A DNA stretch of 64,000 nucleotides. Source: Alphaproteobacteria bacterium. Its GTDB lineage: Bacteria; Pseudomonadota; Alphaproteobacteria; RF32; CAG-239. Below the pieces are notes generated by a model that ran no database searches, was not told where the DNA came from, and saw nothing but the letters and a program-made list of their open reading frames with translations. The position numbers and the translations under genes are program-made. The stretch lies in contig JAZKXV010000002.1 in assembly GCA_045611785.1 (NCBI GenBank), forward strand, positions 3,455 to 67,454, read 5' to 3'. Of this stretch, positions 41,521 through 50,905 are shown piece after piece (position 1 is the stretch's first letter; each line of letters opens with the position of its first letter).

Positions 41521-43428
41521 ATGCACGAAATTCATCCACTTATTGTAGATTTAACACTTATTACTGTATATGCGGCAATTACTACACTTATATTCAAAAA
41601 GTTAAAACAGCCGATGGTTTTAGGATACTTGCTTGCCGGTATTTTTGCAGGTCCGTATTTCAACTTTGTACCTACAGTAACTGACCGAACAAATCTAAAT
41701 CTGTGGGCCGACATCGGTGTAATTTTCTTATTGTTCAGCCTAGGCTTAGAGTTTAGTTTCAAGAAAATGGTTAGTGTAGGAAAATCTGCCATGATTACAG
41801 CTACATTAAACATCTTTTTGATGCTCTTTGTCGGACACTATGTCGGATTATTTTTAGGTTGGAGCACAATGGACAGTTTCTTTTTAGGCTCTATGATTTC
41901 AATGTCCTCAACAACCATTATTATTAAAGCTTTTGACGATCTTAACGTAAAAAAACAAAAATTTACGGATTTAGTTTTTGGCGTATTGGTCATTGAAGAT
42001 ATTATGGGAATTTTACTTTTAGTATTATTGCCGACTGTTGCAATCGGACGTGGAATAAATAGTGGCGAGCTTGGTTTTAGTACATTAAAACTTTTATTGT
42101 TTTTAATATTGTGCTTTGTTATCGGCATTTATTTTGTACCTACCCTATTAAAAAAAATCAGCAATTTCTTAAATGATGAAATGTTACTATTGGTTTCAAT
42201 TGCTCTAAGCCTCAGCATGGTATATTTGGCTGTTTACTCCGGTTTTTCTTCAGCTTTAGGGGCTTTCATCATGGGATCCATATTATCTGAAACAGGAATA
42301 ATAAAAAGAATAGAAAACGTTATTAAGCCCTTAAAAGACTTTTTCGGAGCTGTGTTTTTTGTAACAGTAGGAATGATGGTAAACCCGGAAATGTTTATTG
42401 AATACGCATACCCAATTCTAGTTATAACATTGGTTGTTTTAATCGGTAAAGTAACCTTTTCCATATTCGGATTTGTTGTATCTGGGCAAAACCTAAAAAC
42501 ATCTGTTTACAGCAGTTTTTCTCTTGCACAAGTAGGCGAATTTGCTTTCATTATTGCAACACTTGGTATGAGCTTAGGCGTAATTGATAATTTTGTATAT
42601 CCTATAATTGTTGCCGTCTCAGTAATTACAACTTTCCTAACGCCAATTATGATAAAAGGATCAAACTACATTTATAAGTTCTTTGATAAAATACTTCCGT
42701 CATCATGGTTAAACTATATTGACCAAAGTTCTAAAAGCGAAGTAACCACAGTTACGGAAGAAAAATTATGGCGAGAACTGTTTAAGAGTTACTTCATCCG
42801 CATAATGCTGTTTTCTATCATATTATACACAATCATAATTTTTGCTAACCAGAGTATCAGACCGCTTGCTGCAAAATGGTTACCTAACGTACCTATGCGA
42901 ATTTTAGTTACCACAATAGTGTTAATTATAATGGCACCATTTTTAAAAGCTCTCATCGGGTGGAACATGATTGTACCTGAAATTATCAGAGACATTTTAG
43001 TTAAAATGCATCTTAAAAAACCGGAAACCGTTGAAAAAATTTGCGATGAACATACTATAAGTGAAAAATGTATGCCAACCAGCAAAACAATGCTTAATGA
43101 TATACTTAACGAAAATAAAGAACGCGTCAAAAATTTATTTATATCCAATAGTCGTATTGCTCGTATATCTGCTGTGTTATGGTACTCCAGAAAATCTAAC
43201 CGTATACCGCTATTGATTTTAACATCTTTGAGGTTATTGGTGGTCGCATTTTTTATCGTAACTGCCGTACACTTATTTTTAACTGAAAATCCAAAAGTGA
43301 TATTAATTTTGCTTATCGGTTCAATCTTTTTAATCATGCAATCAAAATGGCTGTTAAATCAATACCTTAAAATGGAAAATCAGTTTTTAGATAATCTGAA
43401 CGGTGAAAACGAAAAAACACACGATTAA
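41521..43428 (+). CDS. Cation:proton antiporter (CPA2/Kef family)
   Basis: GVIFLLFSLGLEFS, SMSST, LVIED, LGAF, DFFGAVFFV, QVGEF. Confidence 0.92.
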   Translation: MHEIHPLIVDLTLITVYAAITTLIFKKLKQPMVLGYLLAGIFAGPYFNFVPTVTDRTNLNLWADIGVIFLLFSLGLEFSFKKMVSVGKSAMITATLNIFLMLFVGHYVGLFLGWSTMDSFFLGSMISMSSTTIIIKAFDDLNVKKQKFTDLVFGVLVIEDIMGILLLVLLPTVAIGRGINSGELGFSTLKLLLFLILCFVIGIYFVPTLLKKISNFLNDEMLLLVSIALSLSMVYLAVYSGFSSALGAFIMGSILSETGIIKRIENVIKPLKDFFGAVFFVTVGMMVNPEMFIEYAYPILVITLVVLIGKVTFSIFGFVVSGQNLKTSVYSSFSLAQVGEFAFIIATLGMSLGVIDNFVYPIIVAVSVITTFLTPIMIKGSNYIYKFFDKILPSSWLNYIDQSSKSEVTTVTEEKLWRELFKSYFIRIMLFSIILYTIIIFANQSIRPLAAKWLPNVPMRILVTTIVLIIMAPFLKALIGWNMIVPEIIRDILVKMHLKKPETVEKICDEHTISEKCMPTSKTMLNDILNENKERVKNLFISNSRIARISAVLWYSRKSNRIPLLILTSLRLLVVAFFIVTAVHLFLTENPKVILILLIGSIFLIMQSKWLLNQYLKMENQFLDNLNGENEKTHD

Positions 43429-43455
43429 ATTTTATGCAACAGGTTGTAAAACAAT

Positions 43456-43484
43456 TTGACAAAAGACATAAAATCGGCTACAAT
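43456..43484 (+). promoter_or_regulatory. sigma70-type promoter TTGACA-17-TACAAT
   Basis: Near-consensus match upstream of ATG 43511. Confidence 0.65.
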
Positions 43485-43510
43485 TAAGTATGTTTTAATG
43501 GAGCTGTTAT

Positions 43511-44653
43511 ATGGTTAAAAGAGAAAACTTTGATAACGAAGATGATTTTCTAGAATTTCAGGCTTCAGTTGATAAAAAAATGCGTGAGTTAAATGGCTCT
43601 CCTGCAAACGAAGCGCATGGCAGCGAAATAAAAAAACACGTTTCAAACACTCTTGCAAATATAAACGCTCAAATAATCATTCAACAACGCTTAGAAGAAG
43701 CAAAAAATGCTAACATTGAAATTTTAGCACAAAACAAAGCAAAAGAAACCTGTTCTAAGCAAGGTGCTGTTTTAGATAATATTATTACAGACATCAACAT
43801 TTATGGTGGTAATCCTTCAATGCGCAGGGCGTATATTGCTTCAAAATATGGAACAGATATTGCACCTGAGTTTAGGTCTAACGATTGCTTAATTGTGCAA
43901 CTTGCTGCATTAAAATCGGCAAATTTAGAATTTGCCCCTCAAATATCAGAGCAAATTACAAACATCACTAAAAGTTTAGCAAATACTTCAATTGATGAAG
44001 CTTCTATACAAAACGGTTTAGAAAATAAATCTATTAACATAGCTTCATATCTTGATGAAAACGGTTGTGTAAAAAAGGATAGTCAAGGCAACCCCTTGCT
44101 TAAAGATGGTGATTTTGCCTTTGTACAAACATCTTCCAACACAACAGCTCCGAGTGCTTTTCATATATTAAGATTAAACATTGCTGAAGACGGAAAAGTA
44201 ACCTACTCTGCCGGAAGCAATAATTATGCAAATGCAGAATTAGGATCTTTTTACAAGAACTCTTCTTGCGCCATCTTCCATACGCAAGATTATATTGCTG
44301 ACCTTACCAAAGAACAATATAAAGGTTTAGATCGTGCGCAAGTTATGCGTGTAACTACAGAATTGTACCCCGATCAGGTTATAACTGTCGACAGAGAAGC
44401 AATTATAAGTGAATGCTACAATAAAAAAATACAAACAACAATGAGCTACAATCAAGATAGAAAAGAAGAAGCTATCAATAAGATACACTCTGCTGAGCTA
44501 TCACCTACTGAAAAATTAAGAGCTTTGCAAATGGGAAAAACAATTAATCAAGCTAACCAACAACCTGAAAATATAACATTTAGGCAACCGCAAGGTTTCA
44601 ACATTGCAGCGTTTAACCGCATTCAGGCATTAAGAGCAAAACTTAATTCTTAA
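43511..44653 (+). CDS. Hypothetical protein
   Basis: 380-aa ORF with GGAG SD and promoter; no confident domain. Confidence 0.8.
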   Translation: MVKRENFDNEDDFLEFQASVDKKMRELNGSPANEAHGSEIKKHVSNTLANINAQIIIQQRLEEAKNANIEILAQNKAKETCSKQGAVLDNIITDINIYGGNPSMRRAYIASKYGTDIAPEFRSNDCLIVQLAALKSANLEFAPQISEQITNITKSLANTSIDEASIQNGLENKSINIASYLDENGCVKKDSQGNPLLKDGDFAFVQTSSNTTAPSAFHILRLNIAEDGKVTYSAGSNNYANAELGSFYKNSSCAIFHTQDYIADLTKEQYKGLDRAQVMRVTTELYPDQVITVDREAIISECYNKKIQTTMSYNQDRKEEAINKIHSAELSPTEKLRALQMGKTINQANQQPENITFRQPQGFNIAAFNRIQALRAKLNS

Positions 44654-44667
44654 ATTTAATTAGGCTG

Positions 44668-46749
44668 CTAACCTGCTAAATATGTTTTAATTGCCTCATC
44701 TTGTTCAAACAGATACAATAAACATCTTAAAGCCTTGCCTCTTTCGGAAGTTAAGTTTTTATCTGTTTGCAGTATTAAATCTGCATCTTTTTTAGCCGTA
44801 TAAAGCAAATCTTTATGCTCGCTCAAATCTGCTAACCTGAATTCATTAAAACCAGATTGTTTAGTGCCTAAAATTTCACCACCGCCTCTGAGTTCTAAAT
44901 CTTTTTCAGCAATTAAAAATCCATCTTCGCTGTTTTTCATAATATTTAATCGCTCATGCGATGTATTGCTTAAAGGATAGCCATATAACAAAATACAGGT
45001 AGAAGCTTCAAACCCACGTTTAATACGTCCCCTTAACTGATGCAACTGAGCCAATCCAAAACGTTCTGCCTGTTCCACAATCATAATTGTAGCTTCCGGC
45101 ACATTAACCCCAACTTCAATTACTGTTGTAGCAACCAGCACCGTATATTCACCGGTTTTAAATTTTTCCATTACAGCGTCTTTTTCTTTCTCCTTCATTT
45201 TTCCATGAACAAGACCAACTTTTGGACCGAACACTTTCTGCAATGAAAGATATCTTTCTTGAGCAGCAGCTAAATCTGTTTTCTCAGATTCTTCAACCAA
45301 TGGACACACCCAATAAGCTCGAGAATTATTTTTAATTTTTCTTTCTAAAGCTTGGACAACCTCATTTATTTTGGTTACCGGCATAACCCTTGTATCAACG
45401 GGCTTTCTACCTTTAGGAACCTCATCTATTTTTGAGTAATCCATATCTCCATATTGAGTTAAAACCAATGTTCTTGGTATTGGAGTTGCTGTCATAACCA
45501 AAATATCCGGATTATTTCCCTTATTAGTTAACTCTAACCTTTGCTTTACACCAAAACGATGTTGTTCATCAACCACAACACAGGCTAAATCCTTAAATGC
45601 TACGTCTTCTGTAAATAAGGCATGTGTTCCAATTAAAATATTAATTTCTCCATTTTTAAGAGAACTTAAAATTTCAGCTCTTTTTTTACCTTTAATTTTT
45701 CCTGTTAACAGTTCTGTTTTAATTCCGACTATATCCGCCCAATTTCTCATGGTTTCAAAATGTTGTTTTGCCAATATTTCAGTTGGTGCCATTATAGTTG
45801 CTTGTAAACCGCATTCAACTGCATTTAACATACTTAAAAAAGCCACAATTGTTTTTCCGCTTCCTACATCTCCTTGTACTAAACGCAACATTTTATACGG
45901 CTCTTTTTGATCATGATATATCTCGGTTAAAACTCTTTTTTGAGCATCGGTTAAATCAAAACTCAAATTTTCTAAAAGTTTTGTTCTTAATACATTATTT
46001 CCAACAACAGTTCTTCCTGCTTGTTTTTTATGACGTTGCCTAACAACAGCTAAAGCCAACTGATTTGAAAGTAGCTCATCATATATCAATCTTTTTTTTG
46101 CCGGATTTGAACTTTCTATATCAGAAGTACTTGTAGGATTATGAACCAATTTTATTGCATCTGAAAATGAAGGAAAACCATTCTGCAATAAAAAATTTTT
46201 ATCTTGCCATTCCGGCAACTCAGGCAATATTTTCATCCAGTTATTTTTGAGCTTTAGCATCAGTTTATTAGTAATGCCGGCACATAATGGATAAACAGGT
46301 TCAACTGTGTTTAACACATTAAACATTTCAGCTGAAACAATATAATCCGGATGGTTCATGTGAAGTTTAGAATTAAAACTTTCTAATTTTCCGCTGATAG
46401 CTTTTTGAGAACCGATAGGTAAACTTTTTTGTAAACTGTCTTTATAATATTTAAAAAAATTTAATACTAAATCCGTTTTACCATCTATTACGACAATTTT
46501 ATAAGGTTGTTTTTTAGATGCAGGTATAATGTGCTCCTTTACATATATAACACCAGTCCAAATTCTATTTGGTTGAGCATACATTAAAGGAACAGTATAC
46601 CTTCTATCAACAACATTAATCGGCAAATGCCATATTAAATCAATAATTTTATTTCCGCACAAATGATTTAAGAGCTTAGCATTTTTTGAACCTATACCCG
46701 TTAAACTCTCAATACCTAAAAACAGCGAATTTAAAACTAAGGGTCGCAT
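44668..46749 (-). CDS. recG: ATP-dependent DNA helicase RecG
   Basis: QGDVGSGKT, DEQHRFG, MTATPIPRT, QLHQLRGR. Confidence 0.97.
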   Translation of the reverse strand: MRPLVLNSLFLGIESLTGIGSKNAKLLNHLCGNKIIDLIWHLPINVVDRRYTVPLMYAQPNRIWTGVIYVKEHIIPASKKQPYKIVVIDGKTDLVLNFFKYYKDSLQKSLPIGSQKAISGKLESFNSKLHMNHPDYIVSAEMFNVLNTVEPVYPLCAGITNKLMLKLKNNWMKILPELPEWQDKNFLLQNGFPSFSDAIKLVHNPTSTSDIESSNPAKKRLIYDELLSNQLALAVVRQRHKKQAGRTVVGNNVLRTKLLENLSFDLTDAQKRVLTEIYHDQKEPYKMLRLVQGDVGSGKTIVAFLSMLNAVECGLQATIMAPTEILAKQHFETMRNWADIVGIKTELLTGKIKGKKRAEILSSLKNGEINILIGTHALFTEDVAFKDLACVVVDEQHRFGVKQRLELTNKGNNPDILVMTATPIPRTLVLTQYGDMDYSKIDEVPKGRKPVDTRVMPVTKINEVVQALERKIKNNSRAYWVCPLVEESEKTDLAAAQERYLSLQKVFGPKVGLVHGKMKEKEKDAVMEKFKTGEYTVLVATTVIEVGVNVPEATIMIVEQAERFGLAQLHQLRGRIKRGFEASTCILLYGYPLSNTSHERLNIMKNSEDGFLIAEKDLELRGGGEILGTKQSGFNEFRLADLSEHKDLLYTAKKDADLILQTDKNLTSERGKALRCLLYLFEQDEAIKTYLAG

Positions 46750-46756
46750 AAAACAA

Positions 46757-47821
46757 CTAACTTTCCTGATCTTTCTTAGACTTTAACTGTCCGCATGCAG
46801 CTAAAATATCTTGCCCTCTCGGCACCCTGACTGGCGCAGCAAAACCGGCCTTTTCCAAAGTTGAAGCAAATATTTTTATATTTTCCGGCGTACTGGGCTT
46901 AAAGCCACATCCCGGCCACGGATTAAAAGGTATTAAATTAAAAGAAGCTCTTAATTTATATTTTTTCATTAATGAAATAAGCTCTTTTGCATTCTCCAAA
47001 GAATCATTAATACCATCTAACAACAAATATTCAAAAGTAATATATCGGCTACCATCATTTGTTTGATATTCCTGACAAGCTTTTAACACTTCTTCAATTG
47101 AAAATTTATCATTAATAGGCATAATTTGCGAACGTATTTTATTGTTCGGAGCATGCAAAGAAATAGCCAATCTTACACCAGTTTGCTCCAACGCATGTAC
47201 AATTTTAGGAGCAATACCTGATGTTGACATTGTTATGCGTCTTCTTGAAATGGCAATACCATCACCATCTGTTAAAATATTTAAAGCCTTAATCACATTT
47301 TCAACATTATGCAACGGTTCACCCATACCCATAACTACAATATTAGATAAATATCTGACTTCATTAGTCGGGCTTGGCCATTCGCCATATGTATCTCTTG
47401 CTACCATAAATTGACTGACAATTTCTGCTACCGTTAAATTTCTTGTAAGTTTCTGACTTCCGGTATGGCAAAATTTACATCCTACAGCACAACCGACTTG
47501 GGTAGAAATACAAACAGCTCCCCTATCCTCTTCTGGAATATAAACCATTTCTACTCTTTGACCATCAGAAAATTCTAAAAGCCATTTACATGTCTTATCT
47601 TTTGAAACTTGTTTTGCCACAATTTTTGGTCTTGTGATAGTGTAACAATCCTTAAGTTTTTTACGAAAATCTTTCGAAAAAGAGCTCATTTCTTCAAAAT
47701 CAGTTTTTCCATGAAAATACAACCATTGCCATAGTTGCTTAGCTCTAAAAGGTTTTTCGCCTAAAGATATAATTTCTTCTTCCAGCTCTTTTTTAGAAAG
47801 TCCTATAAGTTCTTTTTTCAT
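46757..47821 (-). CDS. rlmN: Dual-specificity RNA methyltransferase RlmN
   Basis: CISTQVGCAVGCKFC, MGMGEP, AACGQL. Confidence 0.97.
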   Translation of the reverse strand: MKKELIGLSKKELEEEIISLGEKPFRAKQLWQWLYFHGKTDFEEMSSFSKDFRKKLKDCYTITRPKIVAKQVSKDKTCKWLLEFSDGQRVEMVYIPEEDRGAVCISTQVGCAVGCKFCHTGSQKLTRNLTVAEIVSQFMVARDTYGEWPSPTNEVRYLSNIVVMGMGEPLHNVENVIKALNILTDGDGIAISRRRITMSTSGIAPKIVHALEQTGVRLAISLHAPNNKIRSQIMPINDKFSIEEVLKACQEYQTNDGSRYITFEYLLLDGINDSLENAKELISLMKKYKLRASFNLIPFNPWPGCGFKPSTPENIKIFASTLEKAGFAAPVRVPRGQDILAACGQLKSKKDQES

Positions 47822-48324
47822 TATTTTTTACCACACTTTGCACTAATTGCTTTATAAGCACGCATAAAACCTTTTAACGAATATGTATCTTTTGTGTTTG
47901 TACCTCTTGATGATACACCGTCAATAATCATTCTTTCACCACGCTTCATAGCGTTTACAAGATTTTTATCATCTTGTGTTGTATATGTCCAAGCTTTATC
48001 ATCAGATGTAAATAAATTAAACGTCTCTTTTCCTATTTTTACAATTGCTTTTGATTCTGGTTTATATGTATATCCTGCAACTATATTTACCACATCAAAG
48101 CTATTGTCGGCTTGTCTATGTGTAACAACAGCATATATATCGCCTCTTTTAGTATATTTTCCCTCATCTTTTTTAGGAGTAGAAGCCATATAACAAACAT
48201 TTTTTCCATTTTCCTTATATGTATAAGCAGCCCAATCTCCATAGTCGCCTATATGACGAGGAGCTTCCATTGCATTTGCAGAAAAAGACATTAAAGTAAA
48301 AAATAAAGCCATATATTTCATCAT
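47821..48324 (-). CDS. Invasion-associated locus B (IalB)-family exported protein
   Basis: Signal peptide, GDW, CY..S.P, DTYSLKGF...C; typical alphaproteobacterial neighbour of rlmN; start uncertain (48324 vs 48369). Confidence 0.8.
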   Translation of the reverse strand: MMKYMALFFTLMSFSANAMEAPRHIGDYGDWAAYTYKENGKNVCYMASTPKKDEGKYTKRGDIYAVVTHRQADNSFDVVNIVAGYTYKPESKAIVKIGKETFNLFTSDDKAWTYTTQDDKNLVNAMKRGERMIIDGVSSRGTNTKDTYSLKGFMRAYKAISAKCGKK

Positions 48325-48426
48325 CTTATAATACCTATTCATCAACATGTTAATAAAATTTAGTTGCATTATAAATTTAAACTGTTAAAAGAAAGCAAAC
48401 AATTATAATTTTATTAGGGTAGTTTT

Positions 48427-49653
48427 ATGATTAAAACCGAATATCTTAATCCAAATCTCATTATTAAAGATCAAGGTATTTTAAAACTTTTCCAGACTGT
48501 TGAACATCATGGTGGTGTATTACGTTTTGTCGGTGGTGCGGTTAGAGACGTTTTAGCCGGAATAGAAGGCTTCGAAATTGACTTAGCAACAGATTTATCT
48601 CCCGATGAGTTAGTTGAAGCTTGTCAAGAAAGCGGTTTAAAAACCGTTCCGATAGGCCTTAAATATGCCACAACCGGAGTAATTATCTCTAACAAAGTTG
48701 TTGAAATCTCTCATTTAAGAAAAACAGGTGGAACATATAAATATTCTTCTGATTTTGAATTTACCGATGACTGGACTTGTGACGCCTCAAAGCGTGACTT
48801 AACCATTAATGCTGTATACGCAGATCAACGAGGTAATGTTTTTGATTATTACAACGGAATTGAAGACCTAGAAAACGGAATTGTTAAATTTATAGGCAAC
48901 CCTGAAGACCGAATTAAAGAAGCTCCGATTCGCATTATGCGTTTTTTCAGATTCTATTCTATTTTCGGTAAAAATGAGCCAAATTTGAAATCGCTCAAAG
49001 CATGTGTCGAAAACAAAAAACTATTAAAAGATATTGCTATTGAACACGTCAGAGACGAGTTATTCAAAATTTTATTAACAGATAATGCTGTCAACACTTT
49101 AAGATACATTTTTGAAAATGACATCTTAGATTATATTTTACCTATGTACGGCAATTTATCAGATTTAGAAACTTTACAAAAAATCGTAAAACAGAACTCT
49201 TTAAGTCCGGATGCTTTAAGATGTTTATACATATTGTATCAACCAGATGCAGCATTGGCTGAAAATTTAGCTGTCAGATTACACCTTACCAAAAAACAAA
49301 AATCTCATTTGGTAAATTGGAGTAGCTTTATCTTTAACGAAACAAAAATTGACGATAAAGATTATCTTACAAAAGTATGTTACATGTTTGATAAAGATTT
49401 TTGCATTGATAAAATTTTATTTACAGTTGCAAAAAACACACACCATACAACAGATATATCAAACATAATTGATATGGTTAACCAAATTTGTATTCCTGAA
49501 TTTTCCATCAAAGGAAAAGACCTAATAAATGAAGGCTTAACCGATTATGGTAAAATAAAAGACATACTGGAAAAAATTGAAAAAGATTGGATAGATAATA
49601 ATTTTCAAGATACCATGGAAAATCTTTTACAAAAAGCAAAAGCATTGTTTTAA
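48427..49653 (+). CDS. cca: Class II tRNA nucleotidyltransferase (CCA-adding family) with non-canonical motifs
   Basis: VGGAVRD, RDLTINA, RFFRF; DxD, RRD and EDxxR motifs altered. Confidence 0.85.
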   Translation: MIKTEYLNPNLIIKDQGILKLFQTVEHHGGVLRFVGGAVRDVLAGIEGFEIDLATDLSPDELVEACQESGLKTVPIGLKYATTGVIISNKVVEISHLRKTGGTYKYSSDFEFTDDWTCDASKRDLTINAVYADQRGNVFDYYNGIEDLENGIVKFIGNPEDRIKEAPIRIMRFFRFYSIFGKNEPNLKSLKACVENKKLLKDIAIEHVRDELFKILLTDNAVNTLRYIFENDILDYILPMYGNLSDLETLQKIVKQNSLSPDALRCLYILYQPDAALAENLAVRLHLTKKQKSHLVNWSSFIFNETKIDDKDYLTKVCYMFDKDFCIDKILFTVAKNTHHTTDISNIIDMVNQICIPEFSIKGKDLINEGLTDYGKIKDILEKIEKDWIDNNFQDTMENLLQKAKALF

Positions 49654-49654
49654 T

Positions 49655-49688
49655 TTCTAAAGCCACCAATCAGCAGGTGGTTTTAGAA
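49655..49688 (+). terminator. Hairpin after cca
   Basis: ttctaaagccacc-N8-ggtggttttagaa. Confidence 0.6.
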
Positions 49689-49894
49689 TAGAGCAAAATT
49701 TGTTCCAACGCCAGGCTCTGAAAAAGATGAGCAAATTCTGATTATGATGTACAACACCCAAATCGATTTACTTATTATGAGCACGATGATTATACAGTAA
49801 TCTTTGCAAAACCCTAAACCTAAAATGCTTCTTAAAAAATAAGAAGCATTTTTATTATAATAAAAAACCATCTTCTTATTGAGAAGATGGTGTA

Positions 49895-49971
49895 TGGCGT
49901 CAGCGGCGGGACTCGAACCCACTACCCACAGTTTAGGAAACTGTTGCTCTATCCTGATGAGCTACGCCGAC
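49895..49971 (-). tRNA. tRNA-Arg(CCT), CCA encoded
   Basis: GTCGGCG acceptor stem; ACAGT-TTCCTAA-ACTGT anticodon arm; GGTTCGAGTCC T-arm; ends GCCA; terminator hairpin at about 49862-49891. Confidence 0.96.
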
Positions 49972-50035
49972 AATCTAATTATTTTAGTATATTTAATTAA
50001 AACAAAAATCAAGATAAATTTGACTTATTAAACGA

Positions 50036-50063
50036 TAAAAGGAGCCTGTTACGGCTCCTTTTA
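50036..50063 (-). terminator. Intrinsic terminator
   Basis: taaaaggagcc-tgttac-ggctcctttta. Confidence 0.8.
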
Positions 50064-50075
50064 CTAATAGATTGC

Positions 50076-50804
50076 TTAACCCTCATAGACAAGAGTATCA
50101 CCTCTTACTGTGAAGATTGATACCTTCTCACCCTCTGCGAAGTTAAGTTCGTTGAACTCTTCTCTGCCAAGTGGTATAATTGCCGGCACACCACAGTGGA
50201 TATCGCAGAATAACCAACCCTTTGTTACCTCGCCAGACTGGGCATCAGAGATACCTATAGGCGTTGCAAACACCTGATAAGTTCTGTCCTTAAGAAAATA
50301 TCCGCACGATTTCTTCTTAAAGGTCACCTCGTACACTGCAGGGAGAGTGTTATCAGGAGCAAAATCCAACAGATTTTTCTCGGTCCTGATATACTCAAAC
50401 ATCTCTGCTACAGCTTTACGGTCTCTACATCCTCCGTCAGGAAGAACCAACGCAAATTTATCGCCTATACGGTGATAAACTGCAGACTCTGCAAGAACTA
50501 CATCGTCTTCAAGAATCTTTGCCGGCTCATACATAGAGAAAATCTGTCCATATCCTCTTGTGCTGAAGACCTTTTCCTGCTGATGGGGAAGAAAACTCTG
50601 CATAAAGAGCTTGTCTTTGCCGCATCTGAAAAAGAACTTACCGTGCTTGTATTTACTTACGCCAACTACAAACAAGAAGCCATCTGGCACTCTATGCTGA
50701 AGTGCAAACTCGTGGAACTTCTGAGGGGTAATAGCCTCAAAGTCTGACAATGATGAATGGAGAGGACTCTTTTTCTGTGTCTTGTTAAAAAGCAATGCAT
50801 CCAT
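50076..50804 (-). CDS. Hypothetical protein (higher GC than flanks)
   Basis: 242-aa ORF with own promoter and terminator; no SD. Confidence 0.8.
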   Translation of the reverse strand: MDALLFNKTQKKSPLHSSLSDFEAITPQKFHEFALQHRVPDGFLFVVGVSKYKHGKFFFRCGKDKLFMQSFLPHQQEKVFSTRGYGQIFSMYEPAKILEDDVVLAESAVYHRIGDKFALVLPDGGCRDRKAVAEMFEYIRTEKNLLDFAPDNTLPAVYEVTFKKKSCGYFLKDRTYQVFATPIGISDAQSGEVTKGWLFCDIHCGVPAIIPLGREEFNELNFAEGEKVSIFTVRGDTLVYEG

Positions 50805-50867
50805 AAGTGTTAATTTTAGATTTGTTATTATATAGATTAATTGTAAGAATAATTAAATAGTGAGTTT

Positions 50868-50896
50868 AATATATGACTAAAATTAAAATTTGTCAA
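50868..50896 (-). promoter_or_regulatory. sigma70-type promoter TTGACA-17-TATATT
   Basis: Direct match starting 10 nt past the ftsI stop. Confidence 0.62.
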
Positions 50897-50905
50897 TAGA
50901 GAAAA

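Noticed and set aside
42789-43337. 182-aa antisense ORF within the antiporter
   Set aside because: Typical antisense frame of a hydrophobic membrane-protein gene
49683-49922. 79-aa ORF in the track
   Set aside because: Starts inside tRNA-Arg and crosses its terminator
49895-50804. Genomic island or prophage at tRNA-Arg
   Set aside because: No integrase, no duplicated tRNA 3' end, no phage genes; the orphan lies on the 5' side of the tRNA
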